From the NCBI GenBank assembly GCA_002811645.1, contig PDIP01000090.1, positions 1 to 53,861 of the forward strand: 53,861 nucleotides of DNA, written 5' to 3'. Position numbers and translations under genes: made by a program. Source of the stretch: Corallochytrium limacisporum Hawaii. Taxonomy: Eukaryota > Protista > Pluriformea. Below the pieces are notes generated by a model. The model did not search any database. It saw nothing but the letters and a program-made list of their open reading frames with translations, and was not told where the DNA came from. Below are positions 20,926 through 30,680 of the stretch, piece after piece. The first letter of the stretch is position 1. Each line of letters begins with the position of its first letter.

Positions 20926-23715
20926 TGGCTTTCTGAGCACCCACACAAGCTTGATGAGTGAATCAAGACTTTTAGCCCACTTCTTCTAACTTCACTTTTG
21001 ATGCAAGGTCTGTGCAAATCAACTAGCTGCCCATGGTCCAAGTAGAGCATGAAAGTCTCTGTCTGAGTCAGATTTCTTGCTGGTATCTGTCCACGAAGTC
21101 CCGTGGGCCAAAGCGTCTATGCTTGGACAGGAGAGAGTGTTTGTACTGACGCAATCCCCAGGCTCCCCCGTCCCCTGCCGCCCGGTGGCCCTGCCCCCTT
21201 ATGTTGCACCCACGATACACAGACCAATGCCCGGCATATCAACCCCTAACCCTCGAGGCAACAACTGAGACCCACCGCCCGGACCCAAAGGGATGCTATG
21301 AGCGAATACAAGCAGTCATATCATATCAGCAAGTCCCGACAGACATGAATAGTGAAAGCAAGAAGGCACACCAAGGTCACAAGGGGTACCGTTCCTGACC
21401 ACCTCCCGCCTCTCCAAACAAAATAAAAAAATTGGCCCGCAGACACTCACCGGTGTCAGATTCCGAGAAACAGGGCCAATCAATTCAATAAGCCACCAGG
21501 CGACAGCGAGAAAGACAAGAAACTAGGAAGCTACACAACTGGAACGAGAAACCGGGTCGGGCCCCGAACGGAGGTACCATCAAGGAGACAAGGTTGAGGC
21601 AATAGGCCCACAGAGGGCGACAATTTGAAAACAACTTCCCCAGCTATACCAACACACCCTCGGGGGGGAGGGGGGGCACGGCCTCAAAATCCCCCCTTCT
21701 CATCCCCTTCACCCATCCAAAGCGTGATAGCCGGCTTTCACTGAAGTCTACAAACTTGCAACCAAAAGCATACACCGACCCGCCTGTCGTACATCCATAG
21801 CTTAATGTACTTCTTCACACGAGGATTTGTTTACAAGACATGGCATGTGTCATTGATGTTGGATACAGAAGAGCCGATAAACTCTTGCACAAAGGGTTGG
21901 TGTCGATTGATGTGCTATCGCTTTGTCCTCTACGGCCGATTATTTGGCTTTGGACTTTCTGAAGCATCCAAGCAAAAGCAACGGACTAACCATGAAGGGG
22001 GCCCATGGCCACTTATTTGAAGCCCTTCGACTGGGGCACATTCACAAAGAGTATCACTCCACGTTTCACCGTGTGCGGATCGCCTTAAGTCGGCGCATAC
22101 AAAAGGCGGGGTACGAAATGGCTGAACAAAACCTCGAATTGAACGAATCCGAATTTTATGATTCAAATTTGATTTGGTTGGAGTTATCCATGGTTTGTTT
22201 GGATTACCCTATGCTTTTTGAGGCGTCATTGATTTAGTACTATGCTACATACCAAATTACCGGCGCAAATCACGACAGAATCCAATTCTAGATCGCTGGG
22301 GGCCTGTTTTCCAGCCGACGGAATGTCCCCTTCCGCTAGCCCATGTTAGGAATTGGCGAAAAATGCGCTGTGTAGGGTACTTTTTGTTTCCTTCCCCAGT
22401 GTCTCATCAGGTTTATTGACAAAAACGTTAAATAGTGTCCCATGGGCTCTCTACGAGGAACGCTACTCGAGGTATCGCGACCAGAAGATCCCTTACCGTG
22501 AACATCACTCGAACGGTCATAATCCAGGGTAGTGGACACGGGTCGGTCGGGGAGAGGGGGGGGGGGGTGCACACACCACAAACCCAGTGGTACCATTCTC
22601 CCCGTGCCAAAGGGGGAGGAGCGACGGGTGTGCAAAAAATCGGTGGAACCGCCAGCGCACACATACAAAACGTGCACACATGTGCTGACGAATGCGAACA
22701 GTGAATCAAACCCTCCCCTTCAGTTCTTCGGCTATGAAAATCGGGACGGGGGCCTACTCGGGGACCGCAGCCCCCTTGCCCAAAGAGAGGGATTCAAATT
22801 CACGGAAAAAATCGCTTGCGTTCCCTGAGTACGGTATAAAAGCTTCAGCTTTTGGCCTACCAGGTAACCTGCACCACACTCGTCATCTCACTACTGGTAT
22901 TGTCGCTAGCGGGTCCGGTCCGGCCCCGGGCTCACCATAAAATTCAACTGCACTTTCGAGGCTTGAACAGACCGACCGATCGCGTGTCCTGCAGTGTGTT
23001 CCTCAGCACTTCTGTTTCCCGATTTGGTGTGTTTTCTGAAACATCGGAGAGGTATTGCTGCAACTTTGTTATCTTGTGCCCTGGTCAGCCGAAGACGAAA
23101 GTGTAACAAAGTAGTGGACGATACTGAATGCACTGATTTTTTTCCTTGTTCTAGGTCAAACTGGCACTATCGCTTAATACTCACAACGTAAATTCGTGGA
23201 AAATCTTGGCTCTAAACTACATCGCAGTTGCATGAGGAGAGCGTCGTATGACGAGGGAGAGGAGGCCACGGGGGGGGGGGGAAACGGGGGAACACATGAT
23301 GATTAATTAGACCTTCTGGTAAATTGATGGTAATCCACGGGAGTTGGTGGTGACTGTTTCTGATATTCATGGTTAATATACTACAAATTATTCCATTCTT
23401 CGTGCAGAAAATTCATCTTCGTTTGGTTGATACGATTCTGGGTGACCTGCCGGTGTGATTGAAGCTCAGGGGAGGGGGAAATGTCATCACTCTTCAGACA
23501 TTGCAGACCACGAAAGGGATTAGTGTGCACGGCATATACAATGTCTCATCCAGTGCGGGTTTGTATTACGTCCATTGCACCAGAAGATCTTCCCAGTGAT
23601 AACCAACAAGATATTCTGGAGGCATCTACTTCAGATCAGAGACCTACTTAACCACTTAACGCCCTCTATAGGTATCGGAGATCGTTCTAGTTTTCGTTGC
23701 AGACTCGTCTCGAAC

Positions 23716-24231
23716 CTAAAATTAACTGCCCTTATTGCCGTTGGCCTGACTGGTTTCACCGTCACTGGTGCAGCACCTGTGGATGATTTGGTGGAAACTG
23801 GAGACCTGTCCGTGCAGACTAAGTATGATGTCAATGGTGTGGAACGCAAGCTGACCCGTCCGGACAAGGACACCCTTGTTGTGGAAGACGATTTGGCAAC
23901 GATTACAACAAGGGTCCAGTGGAATGATAAGTGGGAAAAGCATGGTATCCAGATGGTGATCTGCGCCAAGAAGAGGATTCTGCCGGGGTGGACAGTTGCC
24001 GTGTCGCTGACTGAGGGACAGCAAATCGAGTATGCGTACGGCTTTAAGTACGATATGCTGTGGGAAAAGAACATTGCCATGCTTGGATCCACAGGTGAAT
24101 ACAACGTCTACGGCGAGGCCGGTCAATGTTTCTATCTGTCATGGGGTGGCATTAACCGCGAGAGCACCGATGCTCAACTTCCCAGTGATGTTGAGTTCCT
24201 TCCAGCAAAGAAATACTGGTGGCTGTACTAA
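23716..24231 (+). CDS. Secreted CBM2-like (carbohydrate-binding) protein; no ATG before the signal peptide
   Basis: (L)KLTALIAVGLTGFTVTGA-APV signal-like leader, then GWTVAVSLTEGQQIEYAY and YNVYGEAGQCFYLSWGG resembling the CBM2 pattern GWTV.f.l..GQ.I..aW...wN....pG.s..fgf.G. The codon where Met is expected is CTA. Confidence 0.6.
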   Translation, partial: LKLTALIAVGLTGFTVTGAAPVDDLVETGDLSVQTKYDVNGVERKLTRPDKDTLVVEDDLATITTRVQWNDKWEKHGIQMVICAKKRILPGWTVAVSLTEGQQIEYAYGFKYDMLWEKNIAMLGSTGEYNVYGEAGQCFYLSWGGINRESTDAQLPSDVEFLPAKKYWWLY

Positions 24232-24922
24232 GTGAGGAAAAGCATCATAACTTATCAAAGAAGGAGACACCCAGTCACCAGCAGAGCTGTGGAATAGCCC
24301 GCTCACATCCACACAGCATGTGCGTGGTTTTGATCCATCTCCTAACAGAATCATTGGAAACCTGTATCTTTATCCATATCATATAACATCATCACCCATA
24401 TCTATTCTTACATGGCATAAACTTTTACTTTCAATACGCACTCTAGAAGCCTCCTCGTCGTTTTTATCACAAAATTTAAATTGTAATGCGGGGCCATGAT
24501 GCCAATGACGAGTGGCAGACCATTGCGATGTCCAGACTTGTGATATCGCAGTCGTATGTGCCATTCACTCTGTAATCAAATTGCCTGTGATTGATTTGAT
24601 TTGATTTTAGCAAAAGGTCCCCGACTTCACTATAGGATGGCTCCCGTTGTTGGTGAGTGTTGGGGCAAATGGAGGGGCGCCAATGTGTTGGGACCCAGTG
24701 GAAACCTAGCCACCTTGACCAACTTGTCTTTCTCTGGAGAATGCGTCCAGGTACGAAAGAGCACTCAGTTTATCCAGTAAGCAATCCCAGTCCTATAATA
24801 TCGATCTACAATCTTGTGCACACTTGTTCCAGGGAGAGCATGACTGAACAGAATGTGAACAAATGAAAACTGCTCAGATCGTCCGAAGGGGTTGGGCCGT
24901 ATAGAGAACGAAGGGGAACATC

Positions 24923-27310
24923 ATGCGAGAAGACGAGAAGCCAGCTGGTTTGGCTGACTCTCTTGCACCGTTGCCTGATGATTTTCAGAATGCGGACGCA
25001 GCAGCTGTAGCAGAGAATGAGGCTGTGAACCAACCGGAGCCTGTGCCCAAGGATGCACCGCCTTTACCGGAGCCTAGATCTAAAGTGGCGGAAAAGGCAC
25101 GTGAACGCCTGGATGATGATCCGTACGACGTTGCGGCATGGCAGACATTGCTAAAAGACCTGGCTGCAGAGAACAATGTTGAAGAGCAACGGATTGTCTA
25201 CGAAAATGTCGTTCGGAGATTTCCACTGAGCGGCATGTTTTGGCACCAGTATCTGGAACTCGAGCTATTCTACGGTGATCGGTCTAAACTAGACAAACTG
25301 TTCCAGCGGTGTCTTTCACTTGTGCCATACATTCCCATCTACAAAATGTACATTGACCACATTGAAGCGACACGCGGTGCTGGCCTGGAGGCCCAGGGAC
25401 GGCAAGAGGTCATGACCCGAGCGTACGAATTTGCAGTCCGCCACGTTGGTCTCGATATCAACAGCGATGTCATATGGAGGGGTTATCTGGAGTTTGTGCA
25501 GAGTTGGGATACCCAGGGAGGCGACCAGTATCTCGAAGGTACCCGAATGGATGCAACTCGTAAGATCTACCAGCGGGTTATCACCCTTCCCATCAATAGT
25601 GTTGAAGACTTTTGGCGTGAGTATGATGCCTTTGAGAATAAGTTGAACAAGCTCACAGCCAAAAAGATTCTCACAGAACGGAGCGCCGCGTACATGACGG
25701 CACGGACTGCCTTCCGAGAGCGCAAAACGTTGACGGATGCCATTGACACTGAGCGCCCCGCACGGCCAGCAATTGGCTCCAAACAAGAGGTCAAGCAAGT
25801 GAAGGCGTGGCAGGCGCTGATTGCGTGGAGCAAGACGAACCCACTGCGTCTGGACGACGAGGTTTCTGCAAACGAATTGACAAGGTACATTTACAGGCAG
25901 GCGTCCCTATCTCTGTGCTACACACCGGAGGTTTGGATTGACTACGCGCACTACCTGTTGTCCTTGAAAAAGGCAGATCTGTGCCAGGAGACTTACAAAC
26001 GAGGCATGGAGATAATGCCTGGTAATTCCTTGCTCTGTCTTAGTTACATCGCATGGGAAGAGACGCGCAAGAATTATGATCTTTGTAGGGAGACCTTTGA
26101 ATCCTTGCTGAAGAGTCCTGAATGTGAACAGCGCAGTCTCGTTTACATCCAGTACATGGCTTTTGCTCGACGCAACGCTGGTGGTGATCCGGAACCACCT
26201 CGGAAAATCTTTGCGAGGGCGCGCAAGGAACCAAACGGCTGTGCGTGGCAAGTGTGGGCCTACGCTGCGCTGATGGAGTATTACTGCAACAAAAAAGCCA
26301 AGACTGCCGGCAACATTTTTGAACTGGGACTTACTCGCTACTTTGCGAAGGAAATCGGATTTTGTCTGGTGTATCTGGACCACCAGATACACTTGAATGA
26401 TGACTCCAACACTCGATCGCTTTTTGAGCGCCTCTTGGCTGGGTTTGAATCTGGGGATTCCTCCGAAGAGTCCTCAAACACGGACGTGCGGCCCATCTGG
26501 AATCTCTACTACGAATTTGAGAGTCGCTGGGGTTCCCTGGAACGCCTCGAAGAGATTGAGCGTCGCCGACGTGAGGCATTCGGTGATGAAAATGAGATCT
26601 CTGCGGAGCAAATGAAGGGCACCGTTAAGCAGCGGGACAAGCAGCTGCAGCAGCGTACCCGTCGGCAATTTGAGGAAGATCAGAAGACTCGGGCTCTCCA
26701 GCTCATGGAGCGTCTGAGTTTCATGGGATTGTACCCCTTGAACGGAGAGGAGGCAAAGACGCTTGGCCTCAATCTGGACTCAGCTGGACAGAGTTTTGGC
26801 GGCATGGGTGGTGGTAGTGCAGATCTCATGAGCACATTGATTGAGTCCCGCGAGACGGAAACCATGGATGGAAATGCTAACGGAGCGGGCTCGAGTAATG
26901 AGCAGGTCCGTGCAAAGCACAAGACTATCGCGGAACTTCGGGAGCAGATCGGAGATCTTGTACCGGATCTATTACAGATGGTAGCCTTTGTGCCTAAGGC
27001 AGCTGTGGATCCTATGGAGCCCTTTACGAACATGGGCACCCACCACCGTGTGGACATGGTGCCTGGCAAACTCTTGCAAGTGCTGGGTCGAATCCCTCCA
27101 GCTCCGTGCTTCCCATATGGGGTCTCTGCCTTGAACACCGATGCCATAATCATCTCTGTGACAAAGCAGGACCTGGAGAATGTCGAGTTAAAGGGCCTCA
27201 CCGCTCACCAGAAGGCATTTATGAACAGTGGCGTGCCCAGCGGTGCTCGCAAGCGCCGATTTGGTGATGATCCCCACGCCGACTCGAAGCGTCGGGCTCA
27301 GGGTCGCTAA
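24923..27310 (+). CDS. CSTF3: Cleavage stimulation factor 77 kDa subunit (CstF-77/Rna14/Suf), HAT repeats
   Basis: DPYDVAAW, LFQRCL, AYEFAVRHVGLDINS..IW, RKIYQRVITLP, YIQYMAFARR, ALMEYYCNK, IFELGL, HLNDDSNTRSLFER. Basic C-terminal NLS-like motif. Confidence 0.95.
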   Translation: MREDEKPAGLADSLAPLPDDFQNADAAAVAENEAVNQPEPVPKDAPPLPEPRSKVAEKARERLDDDPYDVAAWQTLLKDLAAENNVEEQRIVYENVVRRFPLSGMFWHQYLELELFYGDRSKLDKLFQRCLSLVPYIPIYKMYIDHIEATRGAGLEAQGRQEVMTRAYEFAVRHVGLDINSDVIWRGYLEFVQSWDTQGGDQYLEGTRMDATRKIYQRVITLPINSVEDFWREYDAFENKLNKLTAKKILTERSAAYMTARTAFRERKTLTDAIDTERPARPAIGSKQEVKQVKAWQALIAWSKTNPLRLDDEVSANELTRYIYRQASLSLCYTPEVWIDYAHYLLSLKKADLCQETYKRGMEIMPGNSLLCLSYIAWEETRKNYDLCRETFESLLKSPECEQRSLVYIQYMAFARRNAGGDPEPPRKIFARARKEPNGCAWQVWAYAALMEYYCNKKAKTAGNIFELGLTRYFAKEIGFCLVYLDHQIHLNDDSNTRSLFERLLAGFESGDSSEESSNTDVRPIWNLYYEFESRWGSLERLEEIERRRREAFGDENEISAEQMKGTVKQRDKQLQQRTRRQFEEDQKTRALQLMERLSFMGLYPLNGEEAKTLGLNLDSAGQSFGGMGGGSADLMSTLIESRETETMDGNANGAGSSNEQVRAKHKTIAELREQIGDLVPDLLQMVAFVPKAAVDPMEPFTNMGTHHRVDMVPGKLLQVLGRIPPAPCFPYGVSALNTDAIIISVTKQDLENVELKGLTAHQKAFMNSGVPSGARKRRFGDDPHADSKRRAQGR

Positions 27311-27856
27311 CTTTCATCGCGGTCATCCCATGTCATCGAAGGAAACACTTAGAAAATAGAAAAGAAGCTCATAAATCCATAGTGGAGCATCCTTAACGGC
27401 TTTACAGAAATCATGAACTGAGAATCGTCCAGCTCTCTGTTGGTGTCGTAATTGGAAGGCCAACGCAAAAAGATACCGTGGTACCCTTGGACTCCACCCC
27501 TTAGGGGGGATGCTAAACACTCTCCGCTGGGAAGGGAGGTGTGGGCGCGGGGCGGTCTCAAGGGGAGGGGGGGGGGACCGTGTCCTCTCTACGGGACTGC
27601 GGGTGCGCATGCGCTGTTTATTCTGGCATTCGGAAACTGTGCCTTGTGACTGTGTACAATGAAAAAGATCGGTCCTCTGATGTACGGTAATGGGACTATC
27701 AAGCCACAACAATTCCGTCGCCTATATAAACAAAGATTTACCGAAGTACACAGTAGTCGGAAACATGGTTGTCCATAGACTTATTGCATGGCGACGGTTT
27801 TTTCACAATCATGTGGAATACGTGACACAAATACACATTAAACAAAGAGCTAGGGT

Positions 27857-30565
27857 ATGACATACCTCTTGGGCTTACGTCATTGCCTGCAACGGGTTAG
27901 AAACACCAACACTGCAACAGCGGTACTTGCGGAAGTGGTCTCGCGTCGACATTTGAAGGTATACGGCCACGAAATGGCGGACCTGGTATCTCTGTCGTGC
28001 CATCACACCAGCGATACCGGTGGCTTTGGCAATAGCTTTTCCGACCAAACGATCACTGATTCCACAGCGCATGCAGCAGAAAATGAGGGCCCTGCACCGG
28101 CCCTGCTCATGCGTCTGAACACGGGTGCGCAAGTGCCCGGGCTGCTGATCAATGCTAGTGAAGGAACTCAACGGATCTTCCAAGAGAAAAAGCAGCGTTT
28201 GTCCAAGATCGGCCTGGTGCTTCTGACCCGTCCATCATGGAGTCGGATGGGCGGTCTGCCAGGCTTTCTACTCTGTCAGGCGGACATGGATCTGCCACAT
28301 GCCCACGTCGTCGGACCCGCCCAGACACGGGGGACGATGGGCCGTTGGGGAGATTTCGTGCGCCGTACCCGTTTTGCGGTGCGCTTTGGCGCAATCACGC
28401 CATGGTGCGGACCAGTGATTGTGGAGAAGAATCCAGTGTACACGGTTACAGCAGTGCCGGTGATGGATGCAAGGGAAGAAGGACCAGGACAAGGATTGCC
28501 GTGTCCAACCACAACCACGCAAGCTCAGGACGCGACAAGTCATCCACGTGAGATTGAATACGAAACTATCGAGGAACTGCGTTCTGCGATGGGCTATGGG
28601 GACCGTGAGCAGCAGACACTTCTGCATGGCCTCGGTGGTAGTAGCAACTACAAACGGCAAAAGCGGAATGAAATCGACGAAAGAGTGCCAACAGCGGGAG
28701 AGGTAGGGTCCGGAGTCACTGGAACGGCACGAGAGTCGATGAAGACGGATCCTCCTGCGAACAGAATCACCGCTGCTTCACCGGAAGACGCAGTCAACGC
28801 AGTGGTGTACATCATTGAATTCGCAGATACACCGGGCAAGTTGGACGTCCAAAAAGCGCGGGAACTCGGGGTGCCCCGGGGACCAATGCTGGGAGATCTT
28901 AAATCGGGAAGGAGCGTGGAGCTCGAGGACGGGAGGGTGATCAGACCCGAGCAATGCGTGGGACCCTCCGAGAAAGGATCGGTTCTGCTCGTCGCAGATC
29001 TGAGTACACCTGCGGAATGGCAGGCACTGGCGGGCAGTAATCCGGAACTGTGGACTCGTTTACAAGGAAGCATAGACTACTTCTTGCTCTGTGGTCCGGA
29101 CCAGTGCAAGCCGACGGTCGAGAACAGTGCTTGGCTGCGGGCATTGCATCATACTCCGGACTCTAAGTACCGGACTGAGACACTTCACTACAGCCGATAC
29201 GGTGCCATAAAAACCGACGACTGGCCTTATCAGCGACATAATCGGAAACACCGGCTGCTTGCCCAGCTGCTGCCCCAGAATTTCCCGGAGAATGCGGCTG
29301 ACGTGCCCCAAGGAAGTGCCAACAGATCGGGTATTGATCCAGTGATCACGAAGCACGGTCTGCTGCGAGCCTTTCACGGCGTCACCTTATCTCCGCGACA
29401 CAAAGGCGGCGTATCCAAGAAGCCATTGCTTGAAGAGGACGATGGCACACTGGATAATTTACAGAAATCCTCGCCAGACTTCCAACGAGCATTTGCGATG
29501 GCGAGGGAACGGATGGCTGTCGTCTGCAAAGACCTCATTCCACCGGACTACGTCTCTTTGGCCGAAGCATGCTGCAGGGTACCGGAGCTGCCGAACCGTT
29601 TGCCGCGGCCGCGCGCCGTATTCTTAGGTACCGGCTCTTCCGCTCCATCCAAGTACCGTAATGTTTCTGCCATTGCCCTCGATGATGGCATTGACGCGGT
29701 GCTCCTGGACTGTGGCGAGGGCACCCTAGGCCAGCTGCGTCGTCACTATGGCGGCAAGGAGAATTTGGGCAATTTCTTGCGCCGTTTACGGGGAGTTTTC
29801 ATTTCCCACGTCCATGCAGATCACCACCTGGGTATGACCTCGGTCCTCCTGGCCGTGCGGTCGGCGGTGGCAGGCAATGAAGCCATTCGAGCGGACCAGT
29901 GCCCGAAACTAATCATGCCGTCCTTTTGCACAAACTTCCTGCAGGAGCTCGTGGAGAGCGGCGATGAGCCTACCTTAGCACCGTTCTTGGTCCACTGTGA
30001 CACGCTGCGGACAATGCAGCAGAAAGCATGGCTGCCGTTCGGTGTTCCTAACAGTGTATCCCCGAATGCCGCATATCGTATTCGTGTGTTCCCGGCGCGC
30101 CACTGTCCGGAAGCCTTCTCCTGCACCGTCCAGCACACCAAGGCCGACGGCGCAGAGGGCCTGGCCATTGGCTACTCCGGAGACACCACGCCCAACGATC
30201 ACATGAACCAAGAGGCGAAGCACATGGATGTGTTGATACATGAGGCCACCTACGATAATTCCATGAAGGAGGAAGCCCGCAAGCGTCGGCACAGCACTGT
30301 GGGCCAGTGCATTGAAGTGGCCCGGCAAGCCCGGGTACCTAATTTGATCATGACCCACTTCAGCCAGCGGTATCCCCGAACACCGCCAACCAGCGCTGGC
30401 CAGGGTAGCGAGTCGTCCAAACTGAGCATTGCGGTTGCATACGATCTGATGGAAATCGATGTCGGCAATTTACGGGCTGTGGAGGAACTGTTGCCTTTCC
30501 TGCCCAACCTGGATCCTGGAGAGGAAGACGACGGAGAAGCAATACGAGCGCATGTCATTGATTAA
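27857..30565 (+). CDS. ELAC2: tRNase Z long form (ELAC2/Trz1)
   Basis: EGTQR pseudo-motif, flexible arm LGVPRGPMLGDLKSG, FLGTGSSAPSKYRNVS, LLDCGEGT, SHVHADHHLG, YSGDT, HEAT, HST, THFSQRYP. Confidence 0.95.
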   Translation: MTYLLGLRHCLQRVRNTNTATAVLAEVVSRRHLKVYGHEMADLVSLSCHHTSDTGGFGNSFSDQTITDSTAHAAENEGPAPALLMRLNTGAQVPGLLINASEGTQRIFQEKKQRLSKIGLVLLTRPSWSRMGGLPGFLLCQADMDLPHAHVVGPAQTRGTMGRWGDFVRRTRFAVRFGAITPWCGPVIVEKNPVYTVTAVPVMDAREEGPGQGLPCPTTTTQAQDATSHPREIEYETIEELRSAMGYGDREQQTLLHGLGGSSNYKRQKRNEIDERVPTAGEVGSGVTGTARESMKTDPPANRITAASPEDAVNAVVYIIEFADTPGKLDVQKARELGVPRGPMLGDLKSGRSVELEDGRVIRPEQCVGPSEKGSVLLVADLSTPAEWQALAGSNPELWTRLQGSIDYFLLCGPDQCKPTVENSAWLRALHHTPDSKYRTETLHYSRYGAIKTDDWPYQRHNRKHRLLAQLLPQNFPENAADVPQGSANRSGIDPVITKHGLLRAFHGVTLSPRHKGGVSKKPLLEEDDGTLDNLQKSSPDFQRAFAMARERMAVVCKDLIPPDYVSLAEACCRVPELPNRLPRPRAVFLGTGSSAPSKYRNVSAIALDDGIDAVLLDCGEGTLGQLRRHYGGKENLGNFLRRLRGVFISHVHADHHLGMTSVLLAVRSAVAGNEAIRADQCPKLIMPSFCTNFLQELVESGDEPTLAPFLVHCDTLRTMQQKAWLPFGVPNSVSPNAAYRIRVFPARHCPEAFSCTVQHTKADGAEGLAIGYSGDTTPNDHMNQEAKHMDVLIHEATYDNSMKEEARKRRHSTVGQCIEVARQARVPNLIMTHFSQRYPRTPPTSAGQGSESSKLSIAVAYDLMEIDVGNLRAVEELLPFLPNLDPGEEDDGEAIRAHVID

Positions 30566-30680
30566 ACACGATATGAGTCTTTGTAAGGTAATCTTAATGG
30601 AACGCTATTGATCTGTATCTTTGTAATCTGTATGTGTCCTTGTGTGATGGGTGCAACCTCAGAATTTGTTGCCTCAAATC

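Noticed and set aside
21010-21450. Possible 5'UTR intron of ALT (GTGAGT donor at 21450, minus strand); similar donor at ~24654
   Set aside because: GTRAGT is expected dozens of times by chance in this window and the acceptor is ambiguous without RNA data.
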